Shown here: positions 9,873 through 19,314 of the stretch, piece after piece | Position numbering within the stretch: position 1 is the first letter of the stretch | Layout of the letters: the number at the start of each line of letters is the position of its first letter | NCBI GenBank assembly: GCA_963740655.1 | Contig: CAVUFF010000009.1 | Coordinates: forward strand, 366,814 to 430,813 | Reading direction: 5' to 3' | DNA from: an uncultured Acidobacteriota bacterium | GTDB taxonomy: Bacteria > Acidobacteriota > Vicinamibacteria > Fen-336 | DNA: 64,000 nt | Position numbers and translations under genes: made by a program | Notes under the pieces: model-generated | What the model was told of the DNA's origin: nothing | The model's input: only the letters and a program-made list of their open reading frames with translations | Database searches by the model: none

Positions 9873-10433
9873 TCAGGACTTCTTGCTCGTCGAGGTGAAC
9901 GTCCAGACGGTGGCGCCCGCCTGCGTGCCGACGCAGTCGAACTTGAGCTCGCCCGGTGAAACCCAGGTCGCGGTGCAGGAGTCCTTCTCGAGCTTGCCGT
10001 CGAGGGTCTTGCCGCTGCGGACGAGCGAGACGCTCTTGTCGCTCGTCCACTTGCCGGAGTGGTCGTGCACCTCGGCCGTGTCGGCCACCTCGAACATGTG
10101 GGCCGTGCCGGTGGCCAGGTCCCAGGCCATCAGGAACGTGGACTCCGACGGCGGCATTCCCGAGACGTTGAAGGTGCCCTTGCAGAGCGCGCCCCAGCCC
10201 GACGAGACGCTCTCGCAGCTCATCTTGAGCGAGCCCTTCATCTTCTGGGCTCCCATCGCGAAGAGGGTGTCGTCCGAGGTCCAGCTGCCGACCCAGGCGT
10301 CGACGAATCTCTTGCCCTCCGCGCTGAGCTTGGGCGGCGCGGGCGGCGGCGGCGCTGGCTTGGCCGGGGCCTTGTCCTGGGCAAAGCCCCCGGCGGCGAG
10401 CGCCAGGGCGAGCAGCGTCAGCCGTTTCTTCAT
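9873..10433 (-). CDS. Small secreted 4-Cys protein (hypothetical, distant paralogue of 9352..9849)
   Basis: Internal ATG at 10433 of track ORF 9873..10667, preceded by AAGGGGG. Signal peptide MKKRLTLLALALAAGGFA, then a Pro-rich linker. Four Cys, with C-terminal motif DSCTATWVSPGELKFDCVG. Confidence 0.6.
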   Translation of the reverse strand: MKKRLTLLALALAAGGFAQDKAPAKPAPPPPAPPKLSAEGKRFVDAWVGSWTSDDTLFAMGAQKMKGSLKMSCESVSSGWGALCKGTFNVSGMPPSESTFLMAWDLATGTAHMFEVADTAEVHDHSGKWTSDKSVSLVRSGKTLDGKLEKDSCTATWVSPGELKFDCVGTQAGATVWTFTSTSKKS

Positions 10434-10512
10434 GGGCGAACCCCCTTGTGATCCGATGGGGCGAATGATACACGTGGCGGCGCGGTCGGGATCGGCGAAT
10501 CCGGAGGACGAG

Positions 10513-11241
10513 ATGAGCGAAGCGAGACGGCGGAGCGGGGCGTGGCGGGGCGCGTGCGTGGGAGCGCTCGTGAGCGCGCTCTCGATCGGCTCGGGGGTGC
10601 CGGCTCGGGCGCAGCAGACGCCGGTGCAGAAGCCCCAGCCCACCGTGCCCGAGATCTTCACGCTCATGGGGCAGTTCGTGCGGATCGCCTACAACAACCA
10701 GGGCTACGTCTCGCTCGGCTACCGGATGGCGCAGCTGGCGGTGGGCGAGCAGTGGGCGATGCTCGAGGTGGGCCTCACGCTGCGCGAGCCGACCCCGAAC
10801 CTGACGCTGAAGCGCGAGGACCTGAAGCTCAAGACGCCCGACGGCGGCACGATCGCCCTCGCGACCCAGCAGGAATACGCCAAGGCGGGCTACCTGCGCG
10901 CGCTCAACGAGCGCGCCAAGATCGTACGCGACACGATCGACTACTTCCCGGCCTCGGCCTCGCGCGCGTGCGCGCTGCAGTTCTTCAGCAACCTCGGCCA
11001 GCCGGGCCACCAGATCGCCTACGACCAGGTGGAGCTGAGCTCGTCTCGCGCCTGCGTCGGGCGCGTCTACTTCCAGGTGCCCGGCGGCATCAAGGTCGGC
11101 CAGCACTGGCTGATCGTGGGCTTCGGCGAGAGCGAGGTGCAGGTCCCGTTCCGCATCCTCACCAAGGACGAGGAGAAGGAGCTGCGCAAGACCTGGGAGG
11201 ACCTCAAGAAGGCCCACGAGGAGTCGTACAAGCAGAAGTAG
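10513..11241 (+). CDS. Secreted hypothetical protein (242 aa)
   Basis: Terminal part of track ORF 8494..11241. ATG at 10513 follows GGAGGA. N-terminal signal-like segment ACVGALVSALSIGSGVPARA. High GC3. No family recognised. Confidence 0.6.
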   Translation: MSEARRRSGAWRGACVGALVSALSIGSGVPARAQQTPVQKPQPTVPEIFTLMGQFVRIAYNNQGYVSLGYRMAQLAVGEQWAMLEVGLTLREPTPNLTLKREDLKLKTPDGGTIALATQQEYAKAGYLRALNERAKIVRDTIDYFPASASRACALQFFSNLGQPGHQIAYDQVELSSSRACVGRVYFQVPGGIKVGQHWLIVGFGESEVQVPFRILTKDEEKELRKTWEDLKKAHEESYKQK

Positions 11242-11251
11242 AGGCGCGAAG

Positions 11252-13816
11252 GTGGCGGGCACGAACGGCAGGAGGCGAGGCCGGCGCTCGTTCCTCAAGA
11301 CGTCGGTGGTCGCGGTCGGCGCGGTGGGGGCCGGTGCGGCGGAGACCGCGTCCGCGAGCCCCGGGCCGCCCGCGGCACCGCCCGCGTCGCCTCCGCCGGC
11401 GCGCGCGTACAACGGCCCCTATGCCGGCGAGCACCTCCGCCGTGTCGCCTTCCCGCTCGGCGGCATGGGCGCCGGGATGGTCGCGCTCGAGGGAACAGGT
11501 GCCCTCTCGCACGTGTCGCTGCGGCACCGGCCGGAGGTGTTCAACGAGCCGCTCGTGTTCGCGGCGCTCTCGGTGAAGGGCGAAGTACCCGTCGCGCGCG
11601 TCCTCGAGGGCCCCGTCCCGTCCTGGAAGCTCTTCGGCCGGCCCGAAGCCGCCAACGGTCTGGGCGGCACGTCGTACGGCCTGCCGCGTTTCCGGCAGGC
11701 GACGTTTCTGGCACGCTTCCCGTTCGGCAGCGTGCGGCTCGAGGACCCGCGCGTCCCGCTCACGGCCGAGGTCACCGGCTGGAGCCCGTTCGAGCCGGGC
11801 GACGCCGACGCCGCGTCGCTGCCCGTCGCGGCGCTCGAGTACCGCTTCCACAACCCGACGCAGGACAGAGTCGAAGCGGTCTTCTCCTGGAACGCGCGGA
11901 ACTTCCTCGCCGCGCCGCGCGGGCGCCAGTCCGTGCGCGCCGTGCCCGGCGGTTTCGTGCTCTGGGGTGCGGGCGCGCCGGACGAGCCGTGGGACGAGGC
12001 GAGCTTCTGCGTGCAGGCGAGCGACCCTTTGGCGCGCGTCAACGCGGCCTGGTTCCGCGGGGACTGGTTCGACCCCCTGACGCTCGCGTGGCGCGACGTC
12101 GTGGCCGCGGCCTGCTACGAGCGCGAGGCGCCGGCCGCGGGAAATCCCGCGCCGGGCGCGAGCCTCTTCGTTCCCCTGGCGCTCGCTCCGGGCGCCGAGA
12201 CGCGCATCGCGCTCCGGCTGTCGTGGTACGTGGGCTCGAGTCGCCTCCGCGCGGGGGAGGATCCCGAGCCCGCGTCGGGCGCGGCCGCGCCGACGTACAA
12301 GCCGTGGTATGCGGAGCGCTTCCAGTCGATCGACGAGGTCGCGAGCTTCTGGAGCCGCGAGTACGAGGCGCTGCGCGCGCGGAGCGCCCGCTTCAGCGAG
12401 TGCTTCCACGATCAGACGCTGCCGCCGGAGGTCGTCGAGGCGGTCGGCGCGAACCTCGCGATCCTGAAGTCGCCCACGGTGCTGCGCCAGGCGGACGGAC
12501 GGCTCTGGGCGTGGGAGGGCTGCGGCGACAGCAAGGGCTGCTGCCACGGCAGCTGCACCCACGTCTGGAACTACGCGCAGGCGCTGCCTCACCTGTTCCC
12601 GTCGCTCGAGCGGGGGCTGCGCGAGACCGAGTTTGGCGTGTCGCAGGACGCGCGCGGCCACCAGGCGTTCCGCAGCGCGCTGCCGATCCGCCCCACCGCG
12701 CACACGTTCCACGCCGCGGCGGACGGCCAGCTCGGCGGCGTCGTCAAGGTCTACCGCGAGTGGCGCGTCTCGGGCGACACCGAGTGGCTGGGCAAGCTCT
12801 GGCCGCGCGTGCGCGCGAGCCTCGACTACGCGATCGAGGCCTGGGACCCGCGCCACCGCGGCGTCGTCGAGGAGCCTCACCACAACACCTACGACATCGA
12901 GTTCTGGGGCGCGGACGGGATGTGCACGAGCTTCTACCTGGCCGCGCTCCACGCCGCGCTGCTGATGGGCGAGGCGCTGGGGGTACCGTTGCCGCTCTAC
13001 GCAGAGCTCTTGGGAAAGGGCCGCGCCTTCCTCGAGTCGGAGCTCTGGAACGGCGAGTACTTCGTGCAGAAGACGGAGTGGAGGGGGCTGCGGGCGCAGA
13101 ACCCGCTCGAGACGAAGAGCTACGTCGGCACCTACTCGCCCGAGGCGATAGCGCTCTTCGAGCGGGAAGGGCCGAAGTACCAGTACGGCGCGGGCTGCCT
13201 CTCCGACGGAGTCCTCGGCGCGTGGCTCGCGGCGGTGGGCGGCGTGCCCGAGTTCCTCGACCGCGCGAAGCTCGCCTCGCACCTGGCGGCGGTCCACCGC
13301 CACAACCTCAAGCACGACCTCAGCGAGCACGCCAACCCGCAGCGGCCGACCTACGCCTGCGGCGCCGAGGGGGGCCTGCTGCTCTGCACCTGGCCGCGCG
13401 GCGGCGCGCCCACGCTGCCGTTCGTCTACTCGAACGAGGTGTGGACGGGCATCGAATACCAGGTGGCCTCGCACCTGATGCTGCTCGGCATGGTCGAGCC
13501 GGGGCTCGAGGTGGTGCGCGCCTGCCGCGATCGCTACGACGGCCGCGTGCGCGATCCCTTCGACGAGTACGAGTGCGGCCACTGGTACGCGCGCGCGATG
13601 GCGTCCTACGCGCTGTTGCAGGCGCTGAGCGGAGCGCGCTACGACGCGGTCGACAGGGTGCTCCACCTCGAGCCGCGGATCGCCGGCGACTTCCGGAGCT
13701 TCCTCGCGACCGCGACGGGCTACGGCACGGTCGGCGTGCGCGGGGGCCGGCCGTTCTTCGACGTGAAGGCCGGCACGGTCGAGGTGTCCCGGATCGCGTA
13801 CACGCCGCAGGCCTGA
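11252..13816 (+). CDS. GH116-family beta-glucosidase / non-lysosomal glucosylceramidase (GBA2-like), Tat-exported
   Basis: Twin-arginine signal GRRRGRRSFLKTSVVAVGAVGAGAA. GBA2 N-terminal motif RRVAFPLGGMGAGMVALEGTG. Catalytic-domain motif GCCHGSCTHVWNYAQALPHLFP. Confidence 0.85.
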   Translation: MAGTNGRRRGRRSFLKTSVVAVGAVGAGAAETASASPGPPAAPPASPPPARAYNGPYAGEHLRRVAFPLGGMGAGMVALEGTGALSHVSLRHRPEVFNEPLVFAALSVKGEVPVARVLEGPVPSWKLFGRPEAANGLGGTSYGLPRFRQATFLARFPFGSVRLEDPRVPLTAEVTGWSPFEPGDADAASLPVAALEYRFHNPTQDRVEAVFSWNARNFLAAPRGRQSVRAVPGGFVLWGAGAPDEPWDEASFCVQASDPLARVNAAWFRGDWFDPLTLAWRDVVAAACYEREAPAAGNPAPGASLFVPLALAPGAETRIALRLSWYVGSSRLRAGEDPEPASGAAAPTYKPWYAERFQSIDEVASFWSREYEALRARSARFSECFHDQTLPPEVVEAVGANLAILKSPTVLRQADGRLWAWEGCGDSKGCCHGSCTHVWNYAQALPHLFPSLERGLRETEFGVSQDARGHQAFRSALPIRPTAHTFHAAADGQLGGVVKVYREWRVSGDTEWLGKLWPRVRASLDYAIEAWDPRHRGVVEEPHHNTYDIEFWGADGMCTSFYLAALHAALLMGEALGVPLPLYAELLGKGRAFLESELWNGEYFVQKTEWRGLRAQNPLETKSYVGTYSPEAIALFEREGPKYQYGAGCLSDGVLGAWLAAVGGVPEFLDRAKLASHLAAVHRHNLKHDLSEHANPQRPTYACGAEGGLLLCTWPRGGAPTLPFVYSNEVWTGIEYQVASHLMLLGMVEPGLEVVRACRDRYDGRVRDPFDEYECGHWYARAMASYALLQALSGARYDAVDRVLHLEPRIAGDFRSFLATATGYGTVGVRGGRPFFDVKAGTVEVSRIAYTPQA

Positions 13817-13829
13817 GGCTCGCGCCGGC

Positions 13830-16727
13830 TCAGTCTTTCCGCCCCGGGACCCGCACGCGTACGGCGTAGAGCGCGTCGCGCGCGGGCAGGAACAGCGTGC
13901 GTCCGTCCGGCCCGCCGAAGACGACTTGCGTGGGCCGTGCCGGGATCGGGATCGTCTCGACGAAGCGGCCCGAGCGGTCGTACACGCGCACGTCGCCGGC
14001 CGCCAGGAAGACGTTGCCGTCCGCGTCCGTCGCCACGCCCTCGCCGCCGTCGTCCACGAAGGGCTGCAGGTCGGAGAGCCCGCCGTCGTCGCCCACGAGC
14101 GCCGACCACGTGGCGACGTCCGCCTCGCTCGTCAGGTACACGCGCTCGCCGGGCCGTGCGCGCTGCAGCCCGAACGCCCGCACGAGGTCGCTGCTCTTCA
14201 CGCCCCAGCTGGTGGCCCCGTCCACGAAACCCTGCGTGGCCGAGACGCTGGTGCGCCCGTCGGGGGCGACGAAGTGGTGGGTGCGCGCCAGCAGCTCGCC
14301 CTGCGCGCCGCGCTGCAGCCGCCAGTCTCCGACGGGCAGCACGACGGGCAGGCCCGGCCGCGGCGCCGCCGCCTGCGGCGGAAGCAGGCGCGGCTCCGCG
14401 CCCGCGGCTCGGGCGAGCGCGTAGAGCGTGCCGTTGCCGGCGTAGGAAACCACGAGCAGGTCCCCGTCGTCGTCGAAGGCGAGGTTCACCGGCTGGAGCG
14501 GGGCCTCCGCGACCGTCGAAAGCCGCCGCTCGGCCGCCGACCAGCGGTGGATCCGCTGGGAGCGCGCGTCGACGAAGTAGAAATCGCCCGCCGCGTCGGC
14601 CGCCCCGCCCGAGATGTTGTGGAACCCGGCCGCCAGACGCTCGACGACGGCGCCCGGCTCCAGCACGCGCGACGGCGCGGGCGGGGCGGCCGGACGCGGG
14701 CGGCCGGACACGTCGAGCCACGCGAGCTCGCGCGGGCGCAGCTCGAGCCCCGAGCCCGTGTCGACGAGCGTCGCGTCGTAGGCGACCTTGCTGTTGCTGT
14801 ACGAGTGGACGTTCCTGAAGCGGAGGTCGCTCGAGCGCGTGACGCTGATCGCCCACGGGAACGGCTGCTCGCTGCTGATCACGCGGTAGACGTGCAGGTT
14901 GGTGAAGAGGAGGTTGCGCGAGTCGCGGATCTCGAGCTGGAGCGCGCGGCCGCTCTCGCCGCGCTCGGCCTCGGTCTGGAGGGCGTGCAGCTCCCAGTTG
15001 GCGACGCCGTGGAGCTGGACCTCGTAGCGCACGTGGTGCTCGCTCGACAGCTGGTAGACGCGCCCGGGCGTCTCGGTGTTCGAGACGAGCAGGCCGGCCT
15101 GCGCGAAGGTGCTGGGCGTCCAGATGTCGAAGAACGTTCCGCCGCCCCCCTCCGTCACCCACAGGCTCGGGTACTGGCTGTCCCAGCGGCGCGCGAGGTC
15201 GGGGTCGGCCGAGTGCGCGTTGTTGTAGGGGTTCTCGCGCTTGCCGTCGAGCCCGGTGGTGCCGTGGCCGCCCAGGAAGCGCACGTCGTTCACGAGCGAG
15301 CGTGCGCCCGCCATCCACTTCGCCCCGACCGCGCGCGGGTTGACGCCGTTCGTGTAGATGCCGACGCCGGTCAGGATCGTCTCTCCGCCTCTTGGCGCCT
15401 CGACGAGCGGCCGCGGCGGCCCGATCCCCTGGAACGCCGGCGTGCGGTCCGGGAGCACGAGCTGCGTCGCGCTCGGGTGGAGCGCGACCATCACGCTGTC
15501 GGGCCGCAGCCGCAGCGTGTCCGTCACGATGTACTTGCCGATCGGGATGTAGACCACCCGCGCCGCGTCGATCGCCTTCTGCAGCGCCGCCGTGTCGTCG
15601 GTCGCGCCGTCGCCGCGCGCGCCGAAGCGTGCCGCGCTCGTCCAGGACGCGATCGGCGGCAGGGGCGCGAGGTCGGACGGCGCCGGCGCGGCCAGCGAAG
15701 GCACCGCCGCGGCGTCGAAGACCGTCTTCGTCTCTGCGCCGGCGCCCAGGTCCTCGAAGTGGAGGCCGTGCGAGAACGTCCTCACGACGTAGCTCGCGCC
15801 CGGCGCTGCGAGCCTCTTGCCGCTGTCGCGGAAGAGCGCGAACGTCGCGACTCCGCGGCAGGCTGCAGCCTGGAAGTTGATCTGCGTCCGCGGGCTCGCC
15901 TCGAGGCTCACGATCACGGCCGGCCCGGAAACGTTCTCGAAGCGGCCGTCCTTGACGAAGAGGTCGTCGGGGCGGCCCGGCTCGATCTCGATCGCGGTCG
16001 GAACGTCGCGGAACAGCGGTCGGATCAGCACGAGACCGGCCGCCGCCTCGCGGATCGCGGCCTTTCGCTGGCCCTCGAAGCGCGCGTCGAGGAGCGTGTA
16101 CTGCCAGCCGGGCGACGGCGTCCCGGTCCAGATGCCGAAAGCACCGCCCGTGAAGCGCACGTCCTCGGCCACGTTGCCGCCCTCGTGGACCCCCGCGAGG
16201 CCGGAGCCGATCCGGAACCAGACGTGGGACGTGAAGCAGTGCTGCGCGTAGCGCGCGCGCACGCCGACGGCGCCCGCGTTGCCGGCGCCGATCTCCAGGT
16301 CCACGTTGCTCAGCGCCGAGTAGAACGTGCCCGGGTTCGCGTCCGGCGGCAGGGCGCCGTCGCGCGGCCGCCGCCCCGCGAAGAAGACCATGTAGCGCGG
16401 CTTGGCGGGGTCGTCGAAGCCGGGCGTGCGGTCGCCGAGCAGGAGCACGGGCCGGCGCGCGCCGTAGCCGATGACGCGGATGCCGGGCCAGACGTAGAGC
16501 GTCGACGTGAGCCGGTAGCGGCCCTCGGGCACGAACACGATGCCCTCGCCCGTCGCCTCCTGCACCGCGTCGATCGCCTTCTGGATCGCCGCCGTGTCGT
16601 CGGCGGTGCCGTCGCCTTTCACGCCGAAGCGCTCGCGCGTGGCGTAAACGGCCTTCGGGTCGTCGGGCCGCGACGTGTAGTAGGAGCTCGACGCGGCGAG
16701 AGCGGCGATGGCCAGGAGCAGGATCAC
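13830..16727 (-). CDS. Right-handed beta-helix glycoside hydrolase-like protein (pectate-lyase-3/GH55-like, two copies) fused to an SMP-30/gluconolactonase-type beta-propeller
   Basis: Two copies of the G(V/A)KGDG(T/A)(A/T)DDTAA(I/L)QKAIDA motif (GVKGDGTADDTAAIQKAIDAV and GARGDGATDDTAALQKAIDAA). The C-terminal part has propeller-like repeats (GDFYFVDARSQRIHRWS, DDDGDLLVVSY, TDADGNVFLAAG). Confidence 0.7.
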   Translation of the reverse strand: MILLLAIAALAASSSYYTSRPDDPKAVYATRERFGVKGDGTADDTAAIQKAIDAVQEATGEGIVFVPEGRYRLTSTLYVWPGIRVIGYGARRPVLLLGDRTPGFDDPAKPRYMVFFAGRRPRDGALPPDANPGTFYSALSNVDLEIGAGNAGAVGVRARYAQHCFTSHVWFRIGSGLAGVHEGGNVAEDVRFTGGAFGIWTGTPSPGWQYTLLDARFEGQRKAAIREAAAGLVLIRPLFRDVPTAIEIEPGRPDDLFVKDGRFENVSGPAVIVSLEASPRTQINFQAAACRGVATFALFRDSGKRLAAPGASYVVRTFSHGLHFEDLGAGAETKTVFDAAAVPSLAAPAPSDLAPLPPIASWTSAARFGARGDGATDDTAALQKAIDAARVVYIPIGKYIVTDTLRLRPDSVMVALHPSATQLVLPDRTPAFQGIGPPRPLVEAPRGGETILTGVGIYTNGVNPRAVGAKWMAGARSLVNDVRFLGGHGTTGLDGKRENPYNNAHSADPDLARRWDSQYPSLWVTEGGGGTFFDIWTPSTFAQAGLLVSNTETPGRVYQLSSEHHVRYEVQLHGVANWELHALQTEAERGESGRALQLEIRDSRNLLFTNLHVYRVISSEQPFPWAISVTRSSDLRFRNVHSYSNSKVAYDATLVDTGSGLELRPRELAWLDVSGRPRPAAPPAPSRVLEPGAVVERLAAGFHNISGGAADAAGDFYFVDARSQRIHRWSAAERRLSTVAEAPLQPVNLAFDDDGDLLVVSYAGNGTLYALARAAGAEPRLLPPQAAAPRPGLPVVLPVGDWRLQRGAQGELLARTHHFVAPDGRTSVSATQGFVDGATSWGVKSSDLVRAFGLQRARPGERVYLTSEADVATWSALVGDDGGLSDLQPFVDDGGEGVATDADGNVFLAAGDVRVYDRSGRFVETIPIPARPTQVVFGGPDGRTLFLPARDALYAVRVRVPGRKD

Positions 16728-16761
16728 GCTCGGGATTCTAGCGGCTCCTCACTGGCGCTTG

Positions 16762-16782
16762 CCGCGCCTCGCGCAGGCGCGG
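16762..16782 (-). terminator. GC-rich hairpin 13 nt downstream of the 16795..17265 gene
   Basis: CCGCGCCT-CGCGC-AGGCGCGG, an 8-bp stem with a 5-nt loop. No U-tract, so function is uncertain. Confidence 0.3.
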
Positions 16783-16794
16783 GCGTAGGCGCGC

Positions 16795-17265
16795 TCAGTG
16801 CGCGTGCGTCGGCCCGCCGTAGCAATGGATCGGGCCGGCGCGGAGCCCGAGGCGCGAGCGGGCGTCGTGCGCCAGGAAGTGCGGGTAGTCGGTCGGGAGC
16901 CAGGCGAGGGCACCACCCGCCACGCTCAGCAGCGGCAGCGCGGCGAGCGCCGCGGCCGCGGCCGCGAGGAGCGACGCGCGACTCGCGACCAGGCCGAAGA
17001 CCAGGAACTGCCCACCGAAGACGACGGCCGACGCGACGGCGCCCAGAGCGGGATGCTCGCACCAGGGGCAGTGGGGGCCGGCCGCCGCCTTCGCGTTGCA
17101 GTAGTCCTTGCCGCCCGCCCACGGCGCCTGGCAGCCGCAGCGGTGCAGCGCCCCACAGATCGGCGTGAGCAGCAGGGCGGTCACCGCGGCCACGGGCAGG
17201 AAGGCGAGCGCCTTGCGCAGCACGTCACCATCATGCGTGAAACGGGCCTGCCCCGCACGCGGCAC
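16795..17265 (-). CDS. Cys/His-rich integral membrane protein (hypothetical)
   Basis: Three to four hydrophobic segments plus the cluster ICGALHRCGCQAPWAGGKDYCNAKAAAGPHCPWCEHP. The start is uncertain; an alternative GTG lies at 17223. Confidence 0.5.
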   Translation of the reverse strand: MPRAGQARFTHDGDVLRKALAFLPVAAVTALLLTPICGALHRCGCQAPWAGGKDYCNAKAAAGPHCPWCEHPALGAVASAVVFGGQFLVFGLVASRASLLAAAAAALAALPLLSVAGGALAWLPTDYPHFLAHDARSRLGLRAGPIHCYGGPTHAH

Positions 17266-17305
17266 GGGCGGTAGAATCGGCCGCTCGCCACCTGGAGGTC
17301 TCGTG

Positions 17306-19312
17306 ATGAGACGCGTCGGCGTCGCTCTCCTGCTGCTGCTGTCGACCGCGAGCGCCGTCCCGGCTTCGCCCGCGCGGCGCGTCCCGTTCTGGCCCGACGC
17401 GGTTCCGCAGGCGATCGCGGCCGAGGTGGACGGCGTCGCGACGCTCGAGACCGTGCGCGCGCTCGCGCGCTTCCACCGCGTGCACGGCTCGCCGGGCTTC
17501 GCGGCCGCCGCCGAGCTCGTGCGCTCCCGTGCGGCCGCAGCAGGCCTGGAAGACGCGAGCGTCGAGCACCTGCCCGCCGACGGCGAGACCCGCTACGCGC
17601 ACTTCCGCAGCTACCTGGGCTGGACCGCCGAGGAGGCCCAGCTCGAGGAGCTGCGGCCGACGCCGCGCGTGCTCGCCCGGTTTCCCGACGAGCCGGTGGC
17701 GCTCGCGGACTACAGCCAGGACGCCGACGCGACGGCCGAGCTCGTGGACGTGGGCCAGGGCACGCGCGCCGAGGACTACGCCGGCAAGGAGCTCGCCGGC
17801 CGCATCGTGATCGCGAGCGGGGACCCGGCGCTCGCGCACCGTCTCGCGTGCCTGGAGCGAGGCGCCCTCGGGCTGCTGTCGGACTACCCGAACCAGACGA
17901 CCGCGTTTTCCGGCGACGACCGCGACCTCGTGCGCTGGGGACACCTGTCGCCCTACGAGCGGAAGAACCGTTTCGCGTTCATGCTCTCGAAGCGCCAGTC
18001 GCAGGCGCTGCGCGAGAGGCTTCGCGCGGGAGAGTCGATCGTCGTGCGCGCGCGCGTGCGGGCGCGGCTGCAGCCGGCGAGCTACGACGTGGTGAGTGCT
18101 CAAGTGCCCGGCAGCGACGCCGCGGCCGGAGAGGTCGTGCTGACGGCCCACCTCTGCCACGAGTCCGCGGGCGCCAACGACAACGCCTCGGGCAGCGCCG
18201 CGATCCTCGAGGTCGGCCGCGCGCTCGAGGCCGGGATCGCCCGCGGCACGCTGCCGCGGCCGCGCCGGGGGATCCGCTTCCTCTGGCTGCCCGAGATCGC
18301 GGGCTCGCAGGCCTGGCTCGTGCGCCATCCCGAGCTCGCCCGGAAGCTCGTGGGCGGTGTCCACATGGACATGGTCGGCGGCCTGCTCGCGACCACGAAG
18401 GGCACCTTCCACCTCTCGCGCACGGCGGCGAGCCGGCCGCACGTCGTGGACGTCGTGGCCCAGGCCTTCTTCGACGACGTCGTGCGCGTCTCGGCGACCT
18501 ACGCCGAGCGCGGCGGCGACCCGCGAGCCGGGCTCGTCTGGCTGCCCGGGTCGCGCGAGGCGTTCCTCGGCGACGTCCGCGAGCTCGAGCTGGGCAGCGA
18601 CCACGAGGTGTTCGAGGAGGCGAGCTTCGGCGTGCCGATGGCCTACTTCCACGACTGGCCCGACGTCACGATCCACACCAACAAGGACCAGCCCGAGAAC
18701 CTCGACGCCACGAAGCTCGGGCGCGTGGCCTACCTCGGCGCGGGCATCGCGTGGACGCTCGCGGCGCTGCCGGACGCGGAAGCCGGCAGGCTGCTCGCGC
18801 TGGCGCGGTCCGCGGCGGACACGCGGCTGCGCGCGGCGGAGCTGCGCGCGGAGCTCGCGAGCGACGATCCGGACGCCCGTCTCTTCCCGCGCGAGGCGGC
18901 GGCCATGGGGGCTTTGCTCCTCGACTCCGTGGGCACGCTCTTTCCGAGCGTCGCGGGACCGGCGGGCGAGGCCTCGCGCCGGCTGACGGCGCGGAGCGCC
19001 CAGGCGCGACGGACCGGAAGCGACCCGCGCGACGCGCGCGTGCCGCAGCGCTCGCCCGGCGTGCGCGGTCCGCTCGACGTCTACTATTACGATCACCTCA
19101 GGGAGACGCTCGGCGCGCGTCCCGAGGCGGCTCTCATGGGCCGGCCGCGGGGCGACGTGCTCGCCTACGAGGCGCTGAACCTGGTGGACGGCCGCCGCAG
19201 CGTGGCCGAGATCCGCGACGTGCTCGCCGGCCGCTACGAGCCGGTGCCCGTGTCCGACGTCGCGCAGTACCTCGAGCTGCTGGCGCGGGCGCAGGTCCTG
19301 AGCTGGCGCTGA
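17306..19312 (+). CDS. M28-family metallopeptidase with PA domain (secreted aminopeptidase-like)
   Basis: Internal ATG at 17306 of track ORF 17108..19312, preceded by GGAGG. Signal peptide MRRVGVALLLLLSTASAVPA. Metal-ligand region VLTAHLCHESAGANDNASGSAAILEVGRAL and GGVHMDMVGG. Confidence 0.85.
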   Translation: MRRVGVALLLLLSTASAVPASPARRVPFWPDAVPQAIAAEVDGVATLETVRALARFHRVHGSPGFAAAAELVRSRAAAAGLEDASVEHLPADGETRYAHFRSYLGWTAEEAQLEELRPTPRVLARFPDEPVALADYSQDADATAELVDVGQGTRAEDYAGKELAGRIVIASGDPALAHRLACLERGALGLLSDYPNQTTAFSGDDRDLVRWGHLSPYERKNRFAFMLSKRQSQALRERLRAGESIVVRARVRARLQPASYDVVSAQVPGSDAAAGEVVLTAHLCHESAGANDNASGSAAILEVGRALEAGIARGTLPRPRRGIRFLWLPEIAGSQAWLVRHPELARKLVGGVHMDMVGGLLATTKGTFHLSRTAASRPHVVDVVAQAFFDDVVRVSATYAERGGDPRAGLVWLPGSREAFLGDVRELELGSDHEVFEEASFGVPMAYFHDWPDVTIHTNKDQPENLDATKLGRVAYLGAGIAWTLAALPDAEAGRLLALARSAADTRLRAAELRAELASDDPDARLFPREAAAMGALLLDSVGTLFPSVAGPAGEASRRLTARSAQARRTGSDPRDARVPQRSPGVRGPLDVYYYDHLRETLGARPEAALMGRPRGDVLAYEALNLVDGRRSVAEIRDVLAGRYEPVPVSDVAQYLELLARAQVLSWR

Positions 19313-19314
19313 GC

